DNA of 63,091 bases, counting the filler, from Octopus bimaculoides (lineage: Eukaryota), in NCBI RefSeq assembly GCF_001194135.2. It is 6 parts of 4 records of this genome, joined end to end, with 100 filler letters (N's around TTAATTAATTAA, not from the genome) between each part and the next. Parts side by side here need not be neighbours in the genome. Positions count along the whole stretch, not along the records: positions 18,166 to 28,417 come from NC_068996.1; positions 28,518 to 41,590 come from NC_069008.1; 4 more parts are not named here. One strand, given 5' to 3'. Positions 26,147 to 36,879 of this stretch are shown in pieces. The notes below the pieces were generated by a model that saw only the letters and a list, made by a program, of their open reading frames with translations, was not told where the DNA came from and ran no database searches. The position numbers and the translations under genes are program-made. The stretch's first letter is position 1; every line of letters begins with the position of its first letter.

Positions 26147-26362
26147 ATAATCCTTTCTATTATAGGCATAAGGCCTGAACATTTTAGGGGAAGGGACTAG
26201 TCGATTACATCGACCCCAGTGCTTCACTGCTATTTAATTTATCGACCCCTAAAGGATGAAAGGCAAAGTGAACCTCGGCGGATTTTTGAACTAAGAATGT
26301 AGCCACGGGTGAAATATCACTAAGCAATTTTTCCCGGTGTGTTTTCTGCCAACTCGCTGCCT
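26147..26362 (-). mobile_element. SINE family A monomer
   Basis: Full head-to-tail match to other A copies. Confidence 0.85.
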
Positions 26363-26364
26363 TG

Positions 26365-26423
<59 letters not shown>

Positions 26424-26632
26424 GGAAGGAGATATCAATATTAACTGAGCTAATCTCTGGAAATGATATAAGATCAAGAAAAAGCAGGAAGATCGTGAGA
26501 AAATATGGACTCTCAACAAGAGAAGAACTAATGTCAGCGAATGAAACACTTAAACAAAAAGTTCAAGCAAAAGCTCAGAGAATACGCAGATTTGAGAAAA
26601 GAATCAGATTCTACAGGCAAAATAAGATGTTC
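26424..26632 (+). mobile_element. R4/Dong-like fragment, pre-RT region, running into a gap
   Basis: ETLKQKVQAKAQRIRRFEKRIRFYRQNKMF, typical of the region upstream of RT in this clade; begins directly after a long (AAT)n. Confidence 0.7.
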
Positions 26633-27532
26633 NNNNNNNNNNNNNNNNNNNNNNNNNNNNNNNNNNNNNNNNNNNNNNNNNNNNNNNNNNNNNNNNNNNN
26701 NNNNNNNNNNNNNNNNNNNNNNNNNNNNNNNNNNNNNNNNNNNNNNNNNNNNNNNNNNNNNNNNNNNNNNNNNNNNNNNNNNNNNNNNNNNNNNNNNNNN
26801 NNNNNNNNNNNNNNNNNNNNNNNNNNNNNNNNNNNNNNNNNNNNNNNNNNNNNNNNNNNNNNNNNNNNNNNNNNNNNNNNNNNNNNNNNNNNNNNNNNNN
26901 NNNNNNNNNNNNNNNNNNNNNNNNNNNNNNNNNNNNNNNNNNNNNNNNNNNNNNNNNNNNNNNNNNNNNNNNNNNNNNNNNNNNNNNNNNNNNNNNNNNN
27001 NNNNNNNNNNNNNNNNNNNNNNNNNNNNNNNNNNNNNNNNNNNNNNNNNNNNNNNNNNNNNNNNNNNNNNNNNNNNNNNNNNNNNNNNNNNNNNNNNNNN
27101 NNNNNNNNNNNNNNNNNNNNNNNNNNNNNNNNNNNNNNNNNNNNNNNNNNNNNNNNNNNNNNNNNNNNNNNNNNNNNNNNNNNNNNNNNNNNNNNNNNNN
27201 NNNNNNNNNNNNNNNNNNNNNNNNNNNNNNNNNNNNNNNNNNNNNNNNNNNNNNNNNNNNNNNNNNNNNNNNNNNNNNNNNNNNNNNNNNNNNNNNNNNN
27301 NNNNNNNNNNNNNNNNNNNNNNNNNNNNNNNNNNNNNNNNNNNNNNNNNNNNNNATCGCTGTGAAAACAACATTAATTAATTTTTTTTTTTTTTTTTCTT
27401 AAAAACATGTTTTACCTGTGAATTTGCGTGTGTAAACTGGGAATGCATACAACGAGTTTCTCTGCCCTAGGTGTACGGAAAACACTCGGCGAGAAATGGA
27501 AGGAAATTTGAAGAAAGAAGCAAAAAAACAAC

Positions 27533-27578
<46 letters not shown>

Positions 27579-27593
27579 TAATAATAATAAAAA

Positions 27594-27816
27594 TAATCCT
27601 TTCTACTGGAAGCACAAGGCCTCAAATTTGGAGGAAGGGATTAAGTCGATTACATCGACCCACAGTGCGTAACTGGTACTAATTTTATTGACCTCGAAAG
27701 GATGAAAGGCAAAGTTGAACTTGGAGGAATTTGAAATGTGAAGTCGATTTTGGCGTAATTTGAAATGCTGCTAAGCATTTCGCCCGGTGTGCTAATGAGT
27801 CTGCCAGCTCGCCGCC
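27594..27816 (-). mobile_element. SINE family A monomer inside (AAT)n
   Basis: Head ctgccagctcgccgcc; AAT repeats on both sides. Confidence 0.85.
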
Positions 27817-27845
27817 TAATAATATTAATATTAATAATAATAGTA

Positions 27846-27847
<2 letters not shown>

Positions 27848-27876
<29 letters not shown>

Positions 27877-28417
27877 GTTCCGTAGTTTTATTTTTATAAC
27901 GTGCTTTCACTTCACTACCGAGCGCAGCTCTGTGTGCCTTGGGTATGTGCTGTGGTTTGCTGTGGTGCTCTTATGGTTACTGTATTGAAAGTGTTTTGCG
28001 TAGGATGTGTGCTGTGCCGAGTAGTGCAATTTTCTGTATGTTATATATATATATTTAAGTCCTGGAGTTTTTGTTATGTATTTGTCTGAATTTTTTTATC
28101 ATACCTAAGTCGCCTACTATGATAGGAAATGTTTCTGTTTTTAGATTCCACATTCGAGTTATCTCTATTTCCAGGTCTTTGTATTTTGAAAGTTTTTCCA
28201 TTTCTTTTAGAGAAACGTTGTCATCTGCTGGTATTGATACATCAATTAGAAAGCATTTTTTTTTCTTCATGATCTTTGACAACTATATCTGGTCTATTTG
28301 CCTTAATTTCTCTATCTGTGTGTATTGGCATATCCCAGAGTATGGTTGCTTTCTCGTGTTCTGTGACCTTTTCTGGCGTGTGTTTATACCATCTTTTTTC
28401 TGTTGTTATTCCATAGT
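27848..28417 (-). mobile_element. R4/Dong-like 3' end with tail, cut by the scaffold join
   Basis: ILWDMPIHTDREIKANRPDIVVKD..KKCFLIDVSIPADDNVSLKEMEKLSKYKDLEIEITRMW; sense-strand (AAT)n tail at 27848-27876. Confidence 0.92.
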
Positions 28418-28517
28418 NNNNNNNNNNNNNNNNNNNNNNNNNNNNNNNNNNNNNNNNNNNNTTAATTAATTAANNNNNNNNNNNNNNNNNNNNNNNNNNN
28501 NNNNNNNNNNNNNNNNN
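28418..28517. other. artificial scaffold-join spacer
   Basis: Identical 44N-TTAATTAATTAA-44N. Confidence 0.95.
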
Positions 28518-28589
28518 TATATATATATATATATATATATATGTAATATATATTTGTCTGTCTATCTCTCTCTCTCTCTCTCTCTACAG

Positions 28590-28664
28590 TATAAATCTGT
28601 TCCTACCCACATGTGTTTCTCCCCCAATGGTTTGTTAATGGCTGCAGTCTCCACTGACCGAAAG
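28590..28664 (+). CDS. PPWD1: PPWD1 exon (phase 0-0), [25 protein letters not shown]
   Basis: (CT)n-ctacAG acceptor, AAG|GTATGT donor, 75 nt, WD40 strand motif. Confidence 0.93.
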
Positions 28665-31600
28665 GTATGTATATTGCCATCTTCTATGCTATACACCAAT
28701 TCTCATTTCTACTCTCTCTCTCCTCCATATATATATATATATATATTAAGGGCATTACTATACATAAATGCCTCACACTAGGAGGGACTCTAAAAGTCAA
28801 ACTACTCTAATAAACTCATCGGTAAAATGTGTTTATTATGCATCCAGCTGTGGGAAACAAACCGAAATAGACATCGGAACTTAGTGTAGTTTTCCAGCTT
28901 GTTGGATATTGTTGAAGCATCTAAGCCATTCCAGCAGAGAAGATGGATGCATTAACTGGTGGTGGTCATGATGATGATGATGACATATACAACTCTCTTT
29001 TTTCTCTCTTTCTTCTCTGTCCAGGTTCGAATCTTCAAGTTTCTCACAGGTAAACTCTCCAAAGTGTTTGACGAGTCCCTCGAACGAGTCACAGCTGTTC
29101 AACAGGTATGTGAACCATGCAACTATTGGAGGGGTGGTGTCGTGTATTGTGTGGGGGGAGTTGTGGGGAGATGATATGTATTTTCCTGTTTCATTACATC
29201 CCTTTAGCTGGAATTCTCTCTTCGGTGTAGTAGTAGTAGTAGTAGTAGTAGTAATAGTAGAATGGGGCCATGTGCTGTAGCAGTGCGTCACTGCTTCCAC
29301 CATTTGTTTGTGATTCCTTAGTCCTGGCAGGTGACATTTTTGCATCACTCAGGTGACTGCCCTCCAACCCCTGGCTCCATTTGGGTAGTCATTGCTGGTG
29401 AGGGTTTTGCCAAGGTCAGGGTGCCTAATTCTACCTCAACCTTTTTTTTTAGTCCCCTTTTGCCAACACACAGAGCAAACGCTGGGTTTATTCTTTGGCA
29501 TGCCCGTCAGCACAGAACATACACATTCAATCTGTAGCCATGTAAAGTGACATTTCATTCTCCTTTGAACTCGTCAGCACAGCATAACTTGAGACACAAA
29601 TTCAGCATTCTATTAAGTTAGACATTTCTTATAAAGATTAAATAGTTTAAAAGACATACTTGATTGTGTTTTTTTTTTTTCATCTGATATCATTATTTGT
29701 TCAGAGAGAGAGATTGGGGAATCTCTTAGAAGCAGCTTAAATCTTCCAGGTTAAAATACTACTTTGCATCAATATTCTGCATATTGATACAATTAATATT
29801 TTCTCAATGAACAAATTGTCCAAAAGCTTTTTTTTGGTGAATTCTTTCCCTGTGCAGACGAAGGTTTTCCCACTGCTATTTCAGATCATTCCATCTGACT
29901 CTGAAAAGCTTACAGTTGACGTTCTTCATGTTTATCTCGCCAGTTTCCCATCATTCCATCTAATTCTAATTTCTCTCTTCCAATTGTATTTCTTTTAACC
30001 ATAATTTTTCTGTTTCTGTTTTCTTCTCTCCCAACCATGGCCACCTCTCCTGAAGATCAAACAACAACTTCCTAACATGGAATTTGGCCGACGTATGGCC
30101 GTGGAACGAGATTTAGAGAAATCAACCTCTTTCAGGAATTGCAACATTGGTGAGTGCTGGTGAAGGGGAGGAGGGGTGGTGGTGGTGTTTGTGATGATGA
30201 TAGCTGGTGGTGGTGGTGGTGGTGGTGGTGGTAGCAATGACACTTCTGTACTTTCTATGGCTGCACTGTTCCATGCATGTGTGCGTCTATATAATTATAT
30301 ATTATATATATATACACACACATATACATACATACATACATATCACTGTATCAGCCAGACTGTTAGATGTTGTTATACACTGCCAGTCACAGTGCACTTC
30401 TTTGCAATGTTGTAGCTTTTGAATGATGCCAGCCTGCTGGCAAGGCGTGCAGGCCAACACTTCCCCTGAAGGGAAAGCCAGTCCATTTCAGGGTTAACCA
30501 TTTACTGCACACACACACAGAATGGCCACATAGGAAGTTAACTTGGCAACTACAACGTCCAAGGATCAATCCCAGTGTGTCCCATCTCAGATAGGAGCTG
30601 TAGAGAAGCCCGCTGGTTTGATTGTACTTGAAAAGGTACATCAGCCTTGTCACATACACACTGGGTGCTGCTGCTCTTTGCTGAGAATTACATTAAGGAA
30701 CTGTGGAATACTCGGCTGCTTCCAAACTAATTCAATGAGTGGGCAATTCAGTTAATTAAACAGAATTCCCTTCGTTGAAAGCAACAGAAAACCACCCTTA
30801 CCCAGCCACCCCCCGTCCTCCACTGTTTAATTAACACGGTGCAATATCCCCAGTAAATTAAATAATTGAATGTTGTGTGGGGACTGGCATATCAAAGCCC
30901 CTGTGTGTCGCAAAAGGTGACTAAAAAAAAGGATGAGGTCAGGGTTTGCACTCTGACCTCGTAAAACCCTCACTGACCCTCGACTACCTGAAACCAGGCT
31001 CTGATGGGTTGGAGGGTTCAGTCACCTGAGTAGTGCACAGGTACCATCCACCTGCAGTTGTAGGGAACCACCAACAGATGATGGACACAACGATGCACTG
31101 TTACTGCACATGTCCCTGCTACCATCGTATCTCACTTTATTCTTTTCTCTTATTTCAGTTTTTGACGAAACTGGTTACTTTGTCCTCTACAGCTCTATGC
31201 TGGGTGTGAAAGGTAAGACGTCTTCTAAATCGGATTATATTTCATTGTATTTCATCTGCACAGATTTCATGGTGGAATCGGCACCATTTGTATAATTTCA
31301 TCTGCACAGATTTCACCCTGTAATTTTCCAAGCACCAAAACTCTGACTTCATAGCAATATTTAAAAACAGCTCTCACCAGTCTCTCTTTTTCTCTCTCTC
31401 TTCCCATCCATCCATGACCACCACCATCCAGTGGTCAACCTCTACACCAACCAATGTATGCGCATCCTTGGAAAGCCAGAGAATGCTCGGCTGCTGCAGA
31501 TCGACTTGTTGCAGGGTTCTGGTAAGCGCCACAAGGTGGCTCTGGATGCAGACATGGTTGCCGCTGACAACCCCATCATCCAGGCCCCACTGCAGGACCC

Positions 31601-34600
31601 CACCCTCTTCTGTACGGCCTTCAAGAAGAACCGATTCTACATGTTCACCAGACGAGAACCAGAAGACATCAAGAGGTATGTTTGTTGTTTAACCCTGGGA
31701 CAATTGTGATCCATTACACCTGTGATTAAAGCTGGTCCATAAATGACCACCCTGTCTTTTATTCAGACATCCTATATCTTAGATGACATTCTTATTGTTG
31801 TTGCTGTTGCAGTCTTTTAGCCCCAGGTCTCTGCTTTAGGGTCTGCTTCGTTTTCAGATATATGATAGAATGATGATATATACCATCATCATCATCATCA
31901 TCATCGTGTAACATCTGCTTTCCATGCTGGCATGGGTTGGACTGGCAAACCGGGAGGCTGCACCAGACCCCAGTCTAGTTTCATAAGGTTTCTACAGTTG
32001 AATATCCTTCCTAATGCCAACCACTCCAAAAGAGCAGTGGGTGCTTTTACGTGCCAATGATATTGGGGTCAGTCAGGTGGTACTGGCATCAGTCACGCTT
32101 GAATGGTGCTTTTTACATGCCAACAGCACAGGCGCCAGTTATGCGACACTGACATCGGCCATGACTAACTTGGCTTGATGTCACTGTCTCCATGAGGCCC
32201 AACACATGAACAGTGCTTTTTAGGTGTCACCGACACAGGTGCCAGTCAGATGGCACTGACATCGGTCACGACTACGATTTCACTCGGTTCAACAGGTCTC
32301 CGCAAGCCCAGTGTATCGGCCAACAATTGGAGGGTGCTTTTAAACGGGCCAGTTATGCGACATTGGCACTGGCCACAACTACAATCTCACTTGGCTTACT
32401 GGGTCTTCTCAAGTACAGCATATCTCCAAAGGTCTTGGTTGGTGGGACTGAACCCGGAACCATGTGGTTGGTAAGCAAGCTACTTACCACACAGCCACTC
32501 CTGCGCCTATTTGCACATAATATACACACCTCATATATATATATGTATATATANNNNNNNNNNNNNNNNNNNNNNNNNNNNNNNNNNNNNNNNNNNNNNN
32601 NNNNNNNNNNNNNNNNNNNNNNNNNNNNNNNNNNNNNNNNNNNNNNNNNNNNNNNNNNNNNNNNNNNNNNNNNNNNNNNNNNNNNNNNNNNNNNNNNNNN
32701 NNNNNNNNNNNNNNNNNNNNNNNNNNNNNNNNNNNNNNNNNNNNNNNNNNNNNNNNNNNNNNNNNNNNNNNNNNNNNNNNNNNNNNNNNNNNNNNNNNNN
32801 NNNNNNNNNNNNNNNNNNNNNNNNNNNNNNNNNNNNNNNNNNNNNNNNNNNNNNNNNNNNNNNNNNNNNNNNNNNNNNNNNNNNNNNNNNNNNNNNNNNN
32901 NNNNNNNNNNNNNNNNNNNNNNNNNNNNNNNNNNNNNNNNNNNNNNNNNNNNNNNNNNNNNNNNNNNNNNNNNNNNNNNNNNNNNNNNNNNNNNNNNNNN
33001 NNNNNNNNNNNNNNNNNNNNNNNNNNNNNNNNNNNNNNNNNNNNNNNNNNNNNNNNNNNNNNNNNNNNNNNNNNNNNNNNNNNNNNNNNNNNNNNNNNNN
33101 NNNNNNNNNNNNNNNNNNNNNNNNNNNNNNNNNNNNNNNNNNNNNNNNNNNNNNNNNNNNNNNNNNNNNNNNNNNNNNNNNNNNNNNNNNNNNNNNNNNN
33201 NNNNNNNNNNNNNNNNNNNNNNNNNNNNNNNNATATATATATATATATATATATATGCATACACATACACACACACATATACACAAATGTTGATGTATAT
33301 TTACTGTTTTTGTCTGTTTCTTTTTCCATCCAGGATGCATCTTACACACGTGTTGCTGAATCTTGTATCCTCCACACTTCATCAGGTGACATACACTGCA
33401 AACTCTTCCCAAGGGAGTAAGTACACTTCACCTCTCTCTCTCTCTCACACACACACACACTCTGTGTATATATATATATATATATATACATACATATATA
33501 TATAGAAAAGATGGGGGTAGAAACTCCATAATGTGTTCCTGATGCAAGCTAAGGTGCAGCAATATCAGAGGAAGGTTAACAGGGAATACAGTGTTTGTGT
33601 GTGGCAGATGTACAGGTACAAGAAACACAAGAGATAACGGGAAATAGACTCCATCAAATGCCAGGGCGAAAAGCTAGACGTAGTTGATAGCTTTTGTTAT
33701 CTCAGTGACCAAGTCAGTAGTGTAGGTGGGTGCTTTGAGAGTGTAGCTGCTAGAATAAGAATAGACAGAAAAGATTAATTAATTAAGCAACTAATTATGA
33801 TGCCTTTCTGTATCAAAATCACTCAGGCAATTGTGTGTGTGTGTGTGTGTAATGCAGCACCAAGACGTGTTTCCATTGTGGCATCATTTCTGGCAGGGTT
33901 GCCAACCAGGGCAAAAAAGCTCAACCCCTGCCCCCCCTCCCCAGGGGTATGTAGCCTATGCCTTTGTCACAGGTCAGGCTGCAATTTCAATGGGTTGTCG
34001 TCTTTTTTTTTTTTTTTTTTTTNNNNNNNNNNNNNNNNNNNNNCTACTGTGGATGTGTGACCCCTGGATGTTGGAGGTTGGAGCAAAAGAAAGGGTTACT
34101 GAAAATGTTGCAAGTCAGAGCCAGATAGAGCTGGGATTTTTTGTTGGACGGGGTCGACACAGCGTGAAAAAAATAATGACTCGGGTAACACTACCTGAAC
34201 ACACAGGTATATACACAGGTATATACACTCACACACAATAACAACTACTCTCCCTCTCATGTTTTCCTTTTCTCTCTCTTTTTGTTTCAGGTGTCCAAAG
34301 ACTGTAGAAAACTTTTGCGTTCACAGCCGTAACAGTTACTTCAATGGACATATTTTCCACAGAATTATTAAGGGGTTCATGATACAGACCGGTGACCCAC
34401 TCGGTAATACATCTCTCTCTCTCTCTCTCTGTTTATATATCTACAAATATATATATATCCATCATCATCATCATTGTCATTTAATATCGTTTTCCATGCT
34501 GGCATGGGTCGGACGGTTTGACATGGAGCTGATCAACCAGGGTGGGGGTGGGGGCGGTTAAGACTCCATTTGTCTGTTGAGGCACAGTTTCTACGGCTGG

Positions 34601-36106
34601 ACGGCCTCCCTACAAAGTGTGCAGGAGGCCTTTTACTGTCATGTAATAAGCAGTGTATCTACATGCACACATACACACACTCACATATATGTATATGCAT
34701 ACACACATGCTCACACCATGACAGCTGAACATTGTCCTCAATGGATTGGCCATGTGATGGAAGTACTGTCAGTCGTTTACACACCTGGTACGTGTCTTGG
34801 TTTCACAGACGAACGATTTCAGTTGCAGCTGGTTGGGAGACAAAGGTGCATCCAAAGGAAACAAAGACACAATTGAAAGACGTAGTTGAAGGGAATAAGA
34901 AAAGGGGACAGATCGTATCGAATGGAGGCAGACAGAAGCCTGCTTCCCAACCACATGCTTTTGGGTTCAGTTGTTGTGTGTGGCCCCTTGGACAAGTGTA
35001 TCTTTCACTCTAACCCTAGGCTAACCAAAGCCTTGTGAGTGGATTTGGTAGATAAAAGTGTTGACCTCTGCCATGAAAACATGTCTGGCCATTGGTCATT
35101 TGGAAAAGCAGGGGAATCAGGGTTGCAAACAGCAAAGGCATCTGGCTGTTGACGATGGGCCCTGATGTTATCCAACCCATACTAGCATGGAAACTGTGGA
35201 TCTTTGTCTTGTAAGTTATTTGGTGCCACGTAAAGAGCCTCCAGTACACACTGTGAAGTGGTTGGCATCTGGAAGGGCACCCAGCTGTGAAAACCCTGCC
35301 AAAACAGACACAGAAGTCTGGTGCAGTCTCCTTGCCTGGTCAGCTCCTGTCAAACCGTCCAACCCATGCCAGCATGGAAAGCGAACCTCAAATGATGCTG
35401 ACGATGACGATGATGATGATGAAACTAAAGATTGTACAAGAAACAAAATAAAAGTTGGAATAGAAAGAACCATGTCTCCCCTTCCCCTTCTCTCTCTCTA
35501 CATCTTACTACTGTCTGTTTCTCTTTAGGGAATGGCACAGGAGGAGAGTCAATATGGGGGGGAGAGTTTGAAGATGAGTTCCATCCCAGCCTGCGTCACG
35601 ATCGACCCTACACGCTCAGTATGGCAAACGCTGGGGCCAATTCTAATGGATCACAGTTCTTCATCACAGTCGTTCCTACGGTAAGTGGATCTTATTTAAC
35701 CCCAGGTCAGTCCTGATCTAGAAGACTTGTGACCATCCTGTCTTTTATTCAGACATAGTGTATCTAAGACTGTATTATCTAATGTGCCCTTTCTTGTTTA
35801 GTCCCGATCCAGTCATGACTATCCTGTTTATTTTTCTCTAATGTGTTGAAAGAGTGTATATAATGAGTTGAGGGAGTGTATAGAATGTTGGGAATGAATT
35901 ATACATATGTCTGCCGTTACACTTATCCAAACGAATCCTCATTTTCTTTTTCTTCTGGACAGCCATGGTTGGACAACAAACATACAGTGTTTGGCCGAGT
36001 GACCAAGGGGATGGAGGTGGTTCAGACCATCAGCACAGTGAAGACCAACCCAAAGACAGACAAACCATACGACGACATCAGGATAGTGAGTGTCACTATT
36101 AAGTAA
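28590..36106 (+). CDS. PPWD1: PPWD1 (peptidylprolyl isomerase domain and WD repeat-containing protein 1), 5'-partial; join(28590-28664,29025-29105,30056-30149,31159-31212,31432-31675,[exon missing],33334-33416,34291-34403,35529-35680,35963-36106)
   Basis: Nine GT-AG exons with compatible phases. They translate to the PPWD1 C-terminal WD40 region ([80 protein letters not shown]) and a full cyclophilin domain ([74 protein letters not shown]), ending at TAA 36104-36106. Recognised from memory of the human protein. Confidence 0.97.
29025..29105 (+). CDS. PPWD1: PPWD1 exon (0-0), [27 protein letters not shown]
   Basis: Polypyrimidine-ccAG acceptor, CAG|GTATGT donor, 81 nt. Confidence 0.95.
29226..29512 (-). 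mobile_element. unclassified ~260-bp retroposon-like repeat (family E) with (CTA)n tail, intronic
   Basis: ctggtgagggtttt core; homologous to 30878, 61585 and 61855. Confidence 0.65.
30056..30149 (+). CDS. PPWD1: PPWD1 exon (0-1), [31 protein letters not shown]
   Basis: tgaAG acceptor, G|GTGAGT donor, conserved [11 protein letters not shown] motif. Confidence 0.95.
30878..31115 (+). mobile_element. family E repeat, intronic
   Basis: gtgtggggactggcat..cgtaaaaccctcac..cagtcacctgagt. Confidence 0.65.
31159..31212 (+). CDS. PPWD1: PPWD1 exon (1-1), (V)[17 protein letters not shown]
   Basis: tttcAG acceptor, AAG|GTAAGA donor, 54 nt. Confidence 0.95.
31432..31675 (+). CDS. PPWD1: PPWD1 exon (1-2), (V)[17 protein letters not shown]...[18 protein letters not shown]
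   Basis: atccAG acceptor, AG|GTATGT donor, 244 nt. Confidence 0.96.
31884..32508 (-). mobile_element. composite SINE: family B tRNA-like head + tandem internal subrepeats + RTE-like 3' end with (GAT)n tail
   Basis: Head ggcgcaggagtggctgtgtggtaag..ccgggttcagtccc; repeated gtgctttt..; tail ccaacccatgccagcatggaaagc..gatgatgat. Confidence 0.75.
33334..33416 (+). CDS. PPWD1: PPWD1 exon (0-2), [27 protein letters not shown](E)
   Basis: atccAG acceptor, GA|GTAAGT donor; start of cyclophilin domain (HTSxGDIHxKLFP). Confidence 0.93.
33505..33766 (+). mobile_element. RTE-clade LINE fragment, intronic
   Basis: FVCGRCTG; [32 protein letters not shown]. Confidence 0.8.
34291..34403 (+). CDS. PPWD1: PPWD1 exon (2-1), [37 protein letters not shown]
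   Basis: tttcAG acceptor, G|GTAATA donor; catalytic [11 protein letters not shown] motif. Confidence 0.97.
34460..34615 (-). mobile_element. RTE-like 3' tail fragment
   Basis: (CAT)n + tttccatgctggcatgggtcggacggtttgac. Confidence 0.75.
34730..34945 (+). mobile_element. degenerate LINE (RTE-like) C-terminal fragment
   Basis: QWIGHVM ... KDVVE ... DRIEWRQ, with frameshifts. Confidence 0.5.
35230..35420 (+). mobile_element. RTE-like 3' tail fragment
   Basis: gtggttggcatctggaagggcacccagctg..tcaaaccgtccaacccatgccagcatggaaagcga + (GAT)n. Confidence 0.8.
35529..35680 (+). CDS. PPWD1: PPWD1 exon (1-0), (G)[50 protein letters not shown]
   Basis: ctttAG acceptor, ACG|GTAAGT donor, 152 nt. Confidence 0.97.
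35963..36106 (+). CDS. PPWD1: PPWD1 last coding exon, [47 protein letters not shown]
   Basis: ggacAG acceptor, [12 protein letters not shown] motif, TAA stop. Confidence 0.97.
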   Translation, partial: PWLDNKHTVFGRVTKGMEVVQTISTVKTNPKTDKPYDDIRIVSVTIK

Positions 36107-36232
36107 TGCTGTGATCCTTTCCCGGAGCATAAGACACACTCATCTTCCAACCCTCAACGGGGTACACAAAAGGGACACTGGACAAAAGCTACAGCAGGAT
36201 AAACAGTCAGAGCAACTGGGGTACATGCAAAA

Positions 36233-36270
<38 letters not shown>

Positions 36271-36600
36271 TAGATAAGTGTGTGTATGAATATCAATGTG
36301 TCTGTTTCTAATATATGTATATCTACAAACACGCATATGTACATGTATGCGTCTGTGTGTGTGTATCCCAAAAAGTATACACGTGTAAATATACATATAT
36401 ACACAAAAAAATCCCTTTACGACTGCTTGTGTGTGTATATATATAAACACACACACACATATATATGAGCATATCTATACATGTTTGTGTTGTGTGTGTG
36501 TGTGTGTATTTATATACGTGCTCATATACATGTATGTATGCAAATATATATACATATGTATATTGTATTTTTTTTTTTTGTCAAAAACAAATTTTCTGCC

Positions 36601-36606
36601 AATAAA
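36601..36606 (+). promoter_or_regulatory. candidate polyadenylation signal of PPWD1
   Basis: AATAAA ~500 nt after the stop, followed by T-rich sequence. Confidence 0.5.
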
Positions 36607-36879
36607 ATTTATTTTTTTAATATTTCTTTCACTTTATTTCACATTTCAAACACAACAAACTAAAACCCAAAACAACATATTATTAAGGTGTGTTTGTGTG
36701 TGTGTATATATATATACATATANNNNNNNNNNNNNNNNNNNNNNNNNNNNNNNNNNNNNNNNNNNNNNNNNNNNNNNNNNNNNNNNNNNNNNNNNNNNNN
36801 NNNNNNNNNNNNNNNNNNNNNTATATATATATATATATGTATAGACATACATACAACCTACAAGTGGTTGATAGTTTCC

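Noticed and set aside
1-28417. 5' exons of PPWD1
   Set aside because: No YMHRD, HDGHVKFWKK or KFDTDLYEF-like segments seen; this part lies across synthetic joins
29547-29583. Minus-strand CTGACGA-GTTC/GAAT-GAAATGTC motif in a PPWD1 intron
   Set aside because: Stem III and stem I register are incompatible with a cleavable fold
31249-31315. 21-bp direct repeat around a small hairpin (CRISPR-like look)
   Set aside because: Only two repeats, in a eukaryotic intron; a local microduplication, not an array
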